DNA of 64,000 nucleotides from Bacilli bacterium (GCA_051872335.1 JBJEDT010000041.1:147-64146), one strand, 5' to 3'; positions 1 to 7,769 are shown, counted from the stretch's first letter. Notes: generated by a model from the sequence alone, not told the origin. Numbers and translations: made by a program.

Positions 1-65
1 TGAAAAATGTAATAAGTTAATATCTCTAATAAATTAAATAGGTTAAAATATTGAAGTAAAAGGAT

Positions 66-523
66 GTGAAAATCATGGTTGAAAAGCTACAAAATTGCTT
101 GGAACAATTAGTTGGAAGTAAATTAAAAGATATAAAGTTAGTATGTCAAATGATAGTATTTGATTTTGGAAATGTTGGTATTCATTGTCAACAATTTACG
201 AGAGTGAGTAAAAATGGTGATATTTTATTTACAACTTTAGATTATCAAAGTTGGGATGAAAAAAAGATACTAACAATGATGAAAAATATTTTTTTGATAA
301 ATATAGAAATGAAATTATAAATGGTTTTGTTACAAAAGTAAGTTATAATAAACTTAATGACTTAACAATTGTTTTTGATAATGGAGTGGTAGTAGAGTCG
401 TTTGTTTCAAATGGATATAATCACTTTGTTGATGAAATAGAACAATGGAGATTATTAATCGATACCTCAGATGATGATTCTAAACATATTATTGTTTATA
501 ATAAGAGAGTGGATTTAGAATAG
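66..523 (+). pseudogene. Frameshifted gene for a ~150-aa cytoplasmic protein of the kind seen in toxin-immunity gene arrays
   Basis: ORF 66-320 stops early. The +1 frame from 266 reads on (DTNNDEKYFFDKYRNEIINGFVTKVSYNKLNDLTIVFDNGVVVESF...EQWRLLIDTSDDDSKHIIVYNKRVDLE) to TAG 521-523. The two frames join at an A7 run (259-265). The family idea rests on general sequence pattern only. Confidence 0.55.
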
Positions 524-569
524 AAGCCAAAGGGATTTTTATACAATATTATGAGGGGAGAGAGATTAA

Positions 570-917
570 ATGAAAATAGAAATGATTGGGTATAATGATT
601 CTAAAGCTATAGCAATATATGGAAATATTAAAATGATGCCATTTTTAATTGGTTCGTTTGTTATTTCATGCTTATGTTTAATACCAACATTTTCATTCGA
701 AATATATGAATTACTATATGTTTTTATTCTTCCTGTTTTTTTAATGCTTTTAATGATTTTTCAATATGTGGTGAATTGCTGTACAAAAGGATTTCTTAAA
801 GGGATAAATACTAAGCATAAATTTTGTCTTGAAGATGGAAAATTATATAAAGTTGGAAAAGAAATAAAAAGCATATCAGATATTCGTTTGTATAGGTTCA
901 AAAACTATATTTTTTAG
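570..917 (+). CDS. Small membrane protein, unknown function
   Basis: ATG is preceded by GAGGGGAGAG. There are two clear hydrophobic helices (PFLIGSFVISCLCLIPTF, LLYVFILPVFLMLLMIF). I recognised no family motif. Confidence 0.6.
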   Translation: MKIEMIGYNDSKAIAIYGNIKMMPFLIGSFVISCLCLIPTFSFEIYELLYVFILPVFLMLLMIFQYVVNCCTKGFLKGINTKHKFCLEDGKLYKVGKEIKSISDIRLYRFKNYIF

Positions 918-943
918 AATTAAAAAAATCATATTATAGAATT

Positions 944-1336
944 TTGAATGAAGACTACATATCTGGTTCTCGTGAAGAGTTTCTATCTCAATTAAGGTTT
1001 TATCCGCGACATTACATTGCTTTTATATTACCTGATAAGACAGAAGAAGAAATAGTTTCTTTGTTGTTTAAAGAAATTAAAATAGAAGGGAAAGAACGTT
1101 TATTCTATTCCCAAAATAAAATGCGAATAATTTATATTTATAAGAATAATGTTGGAAGCTATTCTATTGGGCGAGAGAAACTTATTATTTCAGATGATGA
1201 AGAGAGAAATTTTTCTAGAAGATATGGATATTGGGAGCCTGATTGGAATGATCCATCAATTTCATATTATGGTACAATTGAGGAAGCACTTGCGGGAATA
1301 GCAAATGAAATATCTAATTATATTGAATTGAAATAA
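944..1336 (+). CDS. Hypothetical small cytoplasmic protein (immunity-like), start uncertain
   Basis: 130-codon ORF in an orphan-gene array. The TTG start has no convincing SD, so the 5' end is unreliable. Confidence 0.45.
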   Translation: MNEDYISGSREEFLSQLRFYPRHYIAFILPDKTEEEIVSLLFKEIKIEGKERLFYSQNKMRIIYIYKNNVGSYSIGREKLIISDDEERNFSRRYGYWEPDWNDPSISYYGTIEEALAGIANEISNYIELK

Positions 1337-1372
1337 TAATACATGCTTATTTGAGTACTTTGAGGTAATTAT

Positions 1373-2170
1373 ATGTTTGAAAATATAAAGATTATTAATG
1401 AATGTAAAAAAATACTTAAGAAACATAATATTAAATATGATGAAGACTTTAGAATATACAAAAAATTAGGATTTATTCATTGTCAAGTTGATGATTGGAG
1501 AGGACATATTGAAGTCGATGGTTTTCCAGTTTTGTCATCTAAAACTGCAATTGCTATTATAGTAGAATCATGTGCTTTTAAGTATTTTTTAGAAGAAGAA
1601 AAAAACAAAAGAGCAATGTTAAAAAATCATTATCCATTAGAGTATGGAGAATATGAACCAAGGAAATATTTATTTGAAAACACATTGAATGTTCTTAAAG
1701 ATTTTAATGAACAATATTATAATAAAGCTATAAATAAATATATTAAGTATTTAAACTTAAATAAAACAAACAAGCAAAAATGGTTATTTGACAAAAAAAC
1801 TGGATTATTTGAAATGTCACAAACTATAACATTTTCTGCTGTATTAATAAATAAGTCTAGCTCATTTGTTCAAATATATAATCAAGATCCTTGTGGTGGT
1901 AGACTAGGTGATAACTTTTATACTTTTCTTTCACAAGATTCGAATGAACAGTTCTCTACATTTGTCTTTACAAATACCGGTGATGATAGGTTTTATTTAT
2001 ATGTATATAATCCTAAACATATAGATTATTCAGATAGCTATATTATGATAAATAAAGCTGACAAAGTAGTATGGACTTATTTTTTGAATGATAATAAAAA
2101 AAGTAAACAAGAGAGGGTTTTTATTTTTGATGGTTCAACTCTAAATATTACGGGTGAAATCAATATTTAA
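1373..2170 (+). CDS. Hypothetical 265-aa cytoplasmic protein
   Basis: ATG sits 7 nt after GAGGT. It is a long ORF with host-like codon usage and no recognisable motif. Confidence 0.6.
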   Translation: MFENIKIINECKKILKKHNIKYDEDFRIYKKLGFIHCQVDDWRGHIEVDGFPVLSSKTAIAIIVESCAFKYFLEEEKNKRAMLKNHYPLEYGEYEPRKYLFENTLNVLKDFNEQYYNKAINKYIKYLNLNKTNKQKWLFDKKTGLFEMSQTITFSAVLINKSSSFVQIYNQDPCGGRLGDNFYTFLSQDSNEQFSTFVFTNTGDDRFYLYVYNPKHIDYSDSYIMINKADKVVWTYFLNDNKKSKQERVFIFDGSTLNITGEINI

Positions 2171-2307
2171 TATAGATTGTAGTTACTCCAATTGGATGAA
2201 AACTATTGATAAACAAAAGCTTATGTTTACTTTAACATTTACATTTGAGTATTGATAAAGATTAATAAATGGTAGAATTGCTCTAATGAATGAAGGAGGA
2301 TAATAAT

Positions 2308-3204
2308 TTGAAATATATAAAATATCCGTTTTATGATAGTATTATTAAAAAAGAAAGTAAGTTTCGTTTTAAAAATCTTGATAAAGAAGCGAGAAGAAAT
2401 GTTAGGATAAATAATATATTTACATGTTTTATTATTACATTATATGTTATATTGGTAGTTTCGTTTATCTTACTTATTAAATATTTGCTTAGAATTATTG
2501 AAAATAAATTATTTGAAACATTGATGATGATTGGTATGGTTTTAGCTACAATAGTTGTTCCTGTTGTGATAATTGTTTTAGCAATAAAACTAATAGGTAA
2601 ATATATTCCTTCTTCAGCTATAGGTGAGTTATCATTACAAAATATTCAAGATATTACAAAACCATTAAAAAAATATTATAGGGTATCCGGACCTTCTATT
2701 GTGACTAAATGCTATAACTGTACGAATGAATCGTTCACTAATAAGGATGTTATAATTTTTCTTTATAATGGCAAAATAAGAATTGTTTTAGATTTCAATC
2801 ATACAATAAAAGACTTTGGATGTTACGAAATTGAACATAAAGAAATGACAACATCATACGTTGTTGAAGAAGGGAAAATTAAAACTTTATTAAAAACTGA
2901 GAATATTGAATTCTATTTAGGCAAAAAAGCAAAAGCTTTTATAAGAAAATGTTTTGCTTTATCAAAATGCCCTTGTTGTGGTTATTATACTTTTATAGAA
3001 ATAGAAAGAGGAAATTATGATATATGTCCTGTATGCTTTTGGGAAGATGATATTGTACAAGAAAAGAATCCAAATTATGATGGAGGAGCAAATAGAGTAT
3101 CTTTAGTAACAGCTAGGAGTAATTTCAAAAAATATGGGGCTTGTGAAAAAGAAATGGTTAAGTATTGTAGACCACCTAAGGAAAACGAAAAAAAGAATAT
3201 ATAA
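2308..3204 (+). CDS. Membrane-anchored protein with C-terminal cysteine-rich CPCC domain
   Basis: C-terminus 'CPCCGYYTF...YDICPVCFWEDD...GGAN' fits the CPCC Cys-rich family signature as I recall it. Two N-terminal TM helices are present. I moved the start to TTG 2308, 7 nt after AAGGAGG (2294-2300); the track start ATG 2290 precedes this SD. Confidence 0.65.
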   Translation: MKYIKYPFYDSIIKKESKFRFKNLDKEARRNVRINNIFTCFIITLYVILVVSFILLIKYLLRIIENKLFETLMMIGMVLATIVVPVVIIVLAIKLIGKYIPSSAIGELSLQNIQDITKPLKKYYRVSGPSIVTKCYNCTNESFTNKDVIIFLYNGKIRIVLDFNHTIKDFGCYEIEHKEMTTSYVVEEGKIKTLLKTENIEFYLGKKAKAFIRKCFALSKCPCCGYYTFIEIERGNYDICPVCFWEDDIVQEKNPNYDGGANRVSLVTARSNFKKYGACEKEMVKYCRPPKENEKKNI

Positions 3205-3207
3205 TTC

Positions 3208-3377
3208 TTGTTAGTAGTTTTCTATATTAAATTAAATTGAGTGCAAGGATTAATAGCACAATAGGGGATGTGCAAAATATCTCTAGGGGTGTTCACTTTT
3301 TTGTTAGGGGTGTGCAAAAAAAGGCCAATTTGCACACTGTATCAAAAAGGTCTAACATTCACATATTGAATGAAATA
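3208..3377. repeat. Copy A1 of a modular intergenic repeat (long form)
   Basis: About 170 nt align at roughly 75-80% with 9665-9832 (shared TTGTTAGTAGTTTTCTAT..ATTAAATTAAAT.GAG.GCAAGGATTAATA...). It contains TAGGGGATGTGCAAAA (3262), TAGGGGTGTTCAC (3284) and TAGGGGTGTGCAAAA (3305), spaced 22 and 21 nt, followed by a tail TTGCACACTGTATCAAAAAGGTCTAACATTCACATATTGAATGAAATA. It starts 4 nt after the stop of the CPCC gene. Confidence 0.85.
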
Positions 3378-3591
3378 TCCCCCCAAATTTTACCCAAATA
3401 TGGTAAGATGATATGGAGGATTTTTTATATAAAACTAACTCGTAAGCGTAAATGATTTCCAGACTCAAACTATCGAACGCTTTGAAATATCCTCTTAGGT
3501 AGGAAAGTTTTTTATGCAAAGAAATGTATATAATGAAAGTACTCTTTTATAAGTAATGAATAGTCTTTATCAAAAAAGGTGGTATGTTATT

Positions 3592-4647
3592 ATGAGTATA
3601 ATGGAAGAACAAGAACTAAAAAATAAATATCTTCTTGTTACTGAAGAATTTGAAGGCTTGCAAATTGTTAAATTGACCACAGATAATATAGCTAGAGTTG
3701 AAGCTATGATTATGACAGATTCTGGATATGCTAAATCTGGTGATATTAATGCTGGACCTACATACAAGAAGAATGGTGAAGAAAAATATTCTGGCTCAAC
3801 AGCATATTGGATGACAAAACTAAAATATGCTCTTGAAAATAATTGTGATGATGATTTAAGAACTATTATAAGCCATGCTGTTAATGCTATTGATAAAGAA
3901 AACAGTACTCATATTAATTCAGATGGCGTTGGAAGAAAACAACTTACAAATAGAATCTTGGCAAAAGTAAAATCATTAAAAGAAATATTGTTAAATGTAG
4001 ATAGTGGATTAAAATTCATAGATGAAATTGCAACTATTACTAGTGACGTAGATGCTAAACATAAAGCTAGAACTAATTTATCTTTTGCTAGTAAATTTGC
4101 TCATTATGCTTGCTTTTACTTGTTTGATGAAGATGATCCAAGAAGAGATAACTTTTCCATTTATGACAATGTATTAAACAAAGCGCTTCCTATCTACATA
4201 AAAAAATATAATCTTGATGGATATAATCCGAATAGCTATTTAAGTTACTATAAGTGCATTGGTGAGATTATTAAAGCTTGTGGAGAAGATTTATCAAGAA
4301 ATGTATTTGACCATTTGATTTGGTATTATTACAAGGCAAGACTTAATTCGATAAAACTGAATAAAGTGAAAAATACTGCCGCTAAAACAAGAGAAAAATC
4401 ATCTACTTGCTTTAATACTGCTGATATTTATGAATATATCTTATCAATTAAAGAAAAAGAGAAGAATCAAGGTAAATGTGAGATTACATTAATTGCTAGA
4501 GATATAGCACGCTATTTTGGTAGATATGATAGAATGGTTTCTATTTGTAGTGCTATGAGAAAAGCTATGAATCCAGGAGATGTTATAGTTTATACTCCAC
4601 CAAAAGGAAACTCTACTACATTGGAGATAAAATATTACTTAAAATAG
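3592..4647 (+). CDS. Orphan 351-aa cytoplasmic protein: helical N-terminal part plus small C-terminal module, function unknown
   Basis: I moved the start to ATG 3592 (AAAGGTGG 8 nt upstream). Segment 'SFASKFAHYACFYLF..(n)..FSIYDNVL..(n)..SRNVFDHLIWYYYK' recalls uncharacterised OGG-fold-like families, but I cannot verify this. It has its own downstream repeat and hairpin. Confidence 0.6.
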   Translation: MSIMEEQELKNKYLLVTEEFEGLQIVKLTTDNIARVEAMIMTDSGYAKSGDINAGPTYKKNGEEKYSGSTAYWMTKLKYALENNCDDDLRTIISHAVNAIDKENSTHINSDGVGRKQLTNRILAKVKSLKEILLNVDSGLKFIDEIATITSDVDAKHKARTNLSFASKFAHYACFYLFDEDDPRRDNFSIYDNVLNKALPIYIKKYNLDGYNPNSYLSYYKCIGEIIKACGEDLSRNVFDHLIWYYYKARLNSIKLNKVKNTAAKTREKSSTCFNTADIYEYILSIKEKEKNQGKCEITLIARDIARYFGRYDRMVSICSAMRKAMNPGDVIVYTPPKGNSTTLEIKYYLK

Positions 4648-4735
4648 GTATGCCAAAATTCCAAAAGGTATGCCAAGAAATTTAGGGATATGCCAAATTG
4701 TATTAAAATTACTCTAATAACACATATTGTATAAT
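4645..4735. repeat. Copy B1 of the modular intergenic repeat (short form)
   Basis: TAGGTATGCCAAAA (4645), AAGGTATGCCAAGA (4665) and TAGGGATATGCCAAA (4684) place TATGCC at 4649/4669/4689, an exact 20-nt phasing. The tail TTGTATTAAAATTACTCTAATAACACATATTG is near-identical to 6903-6934. The first repeat includes the TAG stop of the upstream gene. Confidence 0.85.
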
Positions 4736-4740
4736 TTAGG

Positions 4741-4770
4741 TGATACGTATAATCGTATTGCTTTTTTTTC
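4741..4770 (+). terminator. Weak Rho-independent terminator candidate
   Basis: Short stem tgatacg/cgtattg (with G-U pairs) followed by T8. Confidence 0.4.
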
Positions 4771-5035
4771 TTACTCATATAGCATTTTTAACTTATTTAA
4801 ATATGTTAACGATTTGAAATGATGGTCAATTTGCATTTTTAGTTCTTTCGATTATTTGCCTAACGGACAGAGTGAAGAAAGTATGACCCTAAAAGGAAAT
4901 GATTTAAAAATATTTTCTTAATTTATATTATTTGAATAAATATTACTGTTTTCATGTAAATGGCAGAAGCTTTATTATTAATAGAATTAAATATTTTTTC
5001 TATTATTATAATTATATTTGCTGATGTAACACTTC

Positions 5036-5085
5036 TTGATTTTAGGGAACATTATATATATAATTAAATTAAATAAGTTCCCTAA
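5036..5085 (+). promoter_or_regulatory. Promoter (TTGATT-17-TATAAT) bracketed by a perfect 9-bp inverted repeat, a putative operator
   Basis: TTGATT lies at 5036-5041 and TATAAT at 5059-5064. TTAGGGAAC (5042-5050) and GTTCCCTAA (5077-5085) are perfect reverse complements. The right arm abuts the SD AAGGAGG (5084-5090) of the Doc-like gene. Confidence 0.55.
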
Positions 5086-5095
5086 GGAGGTAATT

Positions 5096-6037
5096 ATGGA
5101 AAATAATTTTGTAAAAATTCAAGAATTATTAAATCGACGTGCAGAATTTCAAACTCGATTAAATTTTTTTCCTTATGATGGTACACCCGAAGTTAAAACT
5201 ATTTCAGGGAAAAGATATTTATATGTTCGCAAAAGAGAATTAGATAAAATTAAATCCACATATGTAGGAGAATATTCTGAAGAACTATATAATGTTTTAT
5301 TAAAGAATAATGTCGAAGCAAAATCTATTAGAAAAGAAATAAGACATATTGATAAAGAATTAGCTTTACTAGGTTATAAAGATGAGAAATTATCTGAAAG
5401 GGTAATACTAAATTTAGAATTTGCTCGTTCTAATATGAAAAAAATCATTTATGATCAGGCTGTTTTAGAAGGTATAGCAACTACTTTTCCAGACACTGAA
5501 ACTATATTAGAAAATGGTGTCGTAAAAAATGCTAAAGCAGAAGATATTCAAAAAATTATTAACCTTAAACATGCTTGGCAATTTATTTTAGATAAGGATG
5601 TCATTCAATCACGTAGTGACTATTATTTAGCTTCCTATATTGCTAAATTAGTTAATGAGGGTTTATTAGCTATTCCAAATGGTGGGCAAATAAGAGGTAT
5701 TCCTGTTACAATTGGCGGTTCAACTTATATTCCTCCTATACCTTCGGAATATATTGTTAAACAAAATATTATTGATTTATTAGATTCTGACCTAGAAGAT
5801 ATTGATAAAGCAATTGAACTATGCTTATATGTTATGAAAACTCAAATATATAACGATGGTAATAAACGAACAGCTATTGTTTATGCAAATCATTATTTAA
5901 TTTCTAAAGGGCAAGGTTTGTTAGTGATTGATTATAATAAAATAAGTGATTTTAAAAAACTCCTTGTTTCTTATTATGAAGATAAAGATTTAGTTTCAAT
6001 AAAAAAGTTTTTAAAGGAATGTTGGATGAAATTTTAA
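5096..6037 (+). CDS. Fic/Doc-family protein with Doc-type NKR motif but catalytic His replaced by Gln
   Basis: Motif 'QIYNDGNKRTAIVYANHYL' compares with P1 Doc 'HIFNDANKRTAL' and the Fic consensus HxFx(D/E)GNGRxxR. Upstream 'LEGIATTF..TETIL..G' is typical of Fic folds. The start is at ATG 5096 after AAGGAGG. Confidence 0.75.
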   Translation: MENNFVKIQELLNRRAEFQTRLNFFPYDGTPEVKTISGKRYLYVRKRELDKIKSTYVGEYSEELYNVLLKNNVEAKSIRKEIRHIDKELALLGYKDEKLSERVILNLEFARSNMKKIIYDQAVLEGIATTFPDTETILENGVVKNAKAEDIQKIINLKHAWQFILDKDVIQSRSDYYLASYIAKLVNEGLLAIPNGGQIRGIPVTIGGSTYIPPIPSEYIVKQNIIDLLDSDLEDIDKAIELCLYVMKTQIYNDGNKRTAIVYANHYLISKGQGLLVIDYNKISDFKKLLVSYYEDKDLVSIKKFLKECWMKF

Positions 6038-6189
6038 ACCATTTTCTGACTTGGTTGTTCACTTCATCAGAAGTGGTGGAAATTTTTGTTTCTGGGTTGT
6101 AATTTTATGAATTTTTGATAAAATATAATGATTTAGAAAAGACATTTATTTCTAGATGGGTGGCATGGGCGAAGAAGGAGATTTTTTAT

Positions 6190-6861
6190 ATGTTTGAATT
6201 TGTAACAAAAAAAGAATATGCACCTATCCGTGAAGAGATAGAGGCAATCATCAAGAGGGTTCAAAAGATTTTAAAAGAAGACGATTCTGATCAAACCTTC
6301 CAATTCCATTTAATCGGTAGTGGTGGAAGACATTTAATTACAAGAATCAAAGGTGGCAATGCTGGATATGACTTTGACTATAATCTTGTAATGAATAAGA
6401 ATTTTTCGTGGAAACCAACTATCCGTCAATCATTCTTTGATGCGTTTCAACAAGCAATTAAAAGTACTAGATTTACAATAGTTGAAAATTCAACATCAGT
6501 TATCACCATTAAGCAAGTAGATAAGAAAAATAAAAAAGTTATTGTGGGCTGTGACTTTAGTGTTGTTTTCTATCCTGATGATGATAAGTCAGGATACTAC
6601 AAATATGCTAGATTCAATAAAGGGCAACAAAACTACACTTGGGAGATCAGAAACGTATCACGCTTTAACAACCATCATCTTAATTGGTTAAAAGATAACT
6701 ATAACGGCATCTGGAATGATATCAAGGAAGAATACCTAAAGTTAAAGAATAACAATCCACAGGGAAAGCATTCATTTGTCTTGTTCCACGAGTCAATAAA
6801 TAATATTTATAACCAATGCCAACAAGAAGAATCTTATGATGATGAAAATGATAATTATTGA
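6190..6861 (+). CDS. Small Pol-beta-superfamily nucleotidyltransferase (224 aa)
   Basis: 'LIGSGGRHLITRIKGGNAGYDFDYNLV' gives G-S...D-x-D, and a third acidic residue sits on a later strand ('VGCDFSVVF'). The start is at ATG 6190 after AAGGAG. A possible own promoter is TTGTAA (6097)-16-TAAAAT (6119). Confidence 0.65.
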   Translation: MFEFVTKKEYAPIREEIEAIIKRVQKILKEDDSDQTFQFHLIGSGGRHLITRIKGGNAGYDFDYNLVMNKNFSWKPTIRQSFFDAFQQAIKSTRFTIVENSTSVITIKQVDKKNKKVIVGCDFSVVFYPDDDKSGYYKYARFNKGQQNYTWEIRNVSRFNNHHLNWLKDNYNGIWNDIKEEYLKLKNNNPQGKHSFVLFHESINNIYNQCQQEESYDDENDNY

Positions 6862-6870
6862 GATTGAATA

Positions 6871-6936
6871 GTGGTAAGCCAAATTTTTTATGGTTATGTC
6901 AAATTGTATTAAAATCACTTTAATAACACAAATGTG
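6871..6936. repeat. Copy B2 of the modular intergenic repeat (short form, two repeats)
   Basis: GTGGTAAGCCAAAT (6871) and ATGGTTATGTCAAA (6890) are about 19 nt apart. The tail TTGTATTAAAATCACTTTAATAACACAAATGTG follows. It starts 10 nt after the nucleotidyltransferase stop and lies upstream of the terminator at 6995. Confidence 0.8.
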
Positions 6937-6994
6937 ATTTATCTCCTATTTGAATCGCAAAATGTGAAAGTCTAGATAGGCTTATATAATTAAT

Positions 6995-7022
6995 GCTAGT
7001 GAATTTTTCACTAGCTTTTTTG
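6995..7022 (+). terminator. Rho-independent terminator
   Basis: GCTAGTGA-ATTTT-TCACTAGC followed by T7. Confidence 0.8.
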
Positions 7023-7059
7023 TATTAATTATTATTACAAATAAGTTATAAATTATCTT

Positions 7060-7095
7060 AAGGGTGTGTAAGAAGAAAGAGCAAAAATGACTTGT
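7060..7095. repeat. Partial or degenerate copy of the repeat motif
   Basis: AAGGGTGTGTAAGAAG matches the third repeat of copy A2 (AAGGTGTGTAAGAAAA), and GAGCAAAAATGA resembles GTGAGCAAAATAT. It lies just 3' of the TetR gene. Confidence 0.4.
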
Positions 7096-7124
7096 AGTTA
7101 TTACTAAATATATTAAATATATCT

Positions 7125-7685
7125 TTAGTTATCCCAAGTACAAGCTTTTCTTGCTAAGGAAAGAATTAATTCTGCTTCCTTTTCAGGACTAACACGATTT
7201 GCATCATTTAACCAATCCTGTAGAATTTTATAACTTCCATAAATGGAAAAAGAAATAATGGTTGATTTTATTTTAGCATCATAAATGTTTGATAATGATT
7301 GATTTAGCATTACCTCTATTTTTGGTAGCATAAACAAATGCTCTGCAAAATTATTTTCAACATTATTATTTATAAGCATTTTTGAGAGTTCTAAATTATT
7401 TTGCATAAATTGTAGTACTAGTGATACTTTGCATTTAACACTATCTTTGTTTTCTATGTTAGCTTCTTCTAAAGTATTGGCAATTTCTTCAAGATAGTTT
7501 TTTTCTATTTCAGATAATACATCATATTGGCTGCCATAATGATTATAAAAAGTAGTTCTATTTATACCAGCTTTGTCACATAATTCACGAATAGTAATTT
7601 GATGTATATTATTTTTTTTTAAAAGCTCCAAAAATGCAGTATATATTAATTCTTTTGTTATTCTAATTCTTTGATTATTTTTCAT
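7125..7685 (-). CDS. TetR/AcrR-family transcriptional regulator
   Basis: N-terminal HTH 'ITIRELCDKAGINRTTFYNHYGSQYDVL'. It is 186 aa and divergent from the membrane fusion gene. Confidence 0.9.
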   Translation of the reverse strand: MKNNQRIRITKELIYTAFLELLKKNNIHQITIRELCDKAGINRTTFYNHYGSQYDVLSEIEKNYLEEIANTLEEANIENKDSVKCKVSLVLQFMQNNLELSKMLINNNVENNFAEHLFMLPKIEVMLNQSLSNIYDAKIKSTIISFSIYGSYKILQDWLNDANRVSPEKEAELILSLARKACTWDN

Positions 7686-7740
7686 ATTATTCTCTTTCCT
7701 TTTAACTTATTAATTTCAACACTTTTAAATCATCTGTTGG

Positions 7741-7769
7741 TTGTAAAATCAACACTTGTTGATTATAAT
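7741..7769 (+). promoter_or_regulatory. Promoter TTGTAA-17-TATAAT with a 14-bp palindrome (putative TetR operator) in the spacer
   Basis: TTGTAA lies at 7741-7746 and TATAAT at 7764-7769. The palindrome TCAACA-CT-TGTTGA lies at 7749-7762. A related TCAACACTT sits about 35 nt upstream. Confidence 0.6.

Noticed and set aside
3237-3455. 72-aa ORF from the track (MSARINSTIGDVQNISRGVHFF...)
   Set aside because: It lies entirely within repeat copy A1. The same frame in the paralogous copy A2 (9665-9832) is broken by stops. It has a TTG start with no SD, and the conservation pattern is DNA-level (phased 12-mers), not codon-level.
3570-3767. Antisense 65-aa ORF inside the 351-aa orphan gene. It stands for all similar antisense or embedded track ORFs (10182-10406, 10859-11122, 11396-11683, 14037-14219, 15887-16297, 16307-16618, 19526-19714, 22431-22718, 22833-23069, 24196-24405, 25650-25899, 27796-28020, 31152-31379, 32679-32912, 36154-36372, 37397-37600, 40010-40246, 45733-46008, 46579-47098, 47902-48180, 50205-50399, 52241-52586, 52962-53186, 53354-53944, 54036-54218, 55897-56394, 56522-56983, 60058-60270, 62129-62353).
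   Set aside because: Each is fully embedded opposite to, or out of frame with, a long ORF that carries strong family motifs. They have low-complexity or hydrophobic-junk composition typical of AT-rich shadow ORFs, and none has an SD.
4290-4310. HEPN-like Rx4H motif ('RNVFDH') in the 351-aa orphan protein, which would make it a HEPN partner for the nearby nucleotidyltransferase
   Set aside because: It is a single six-residue match in a different transcription unit, separated by a terminator and the Doc-like gene. The surrounding sequence does not obviously show the four-helix HEPN layout. This is too weak to call without a profile or structure search.
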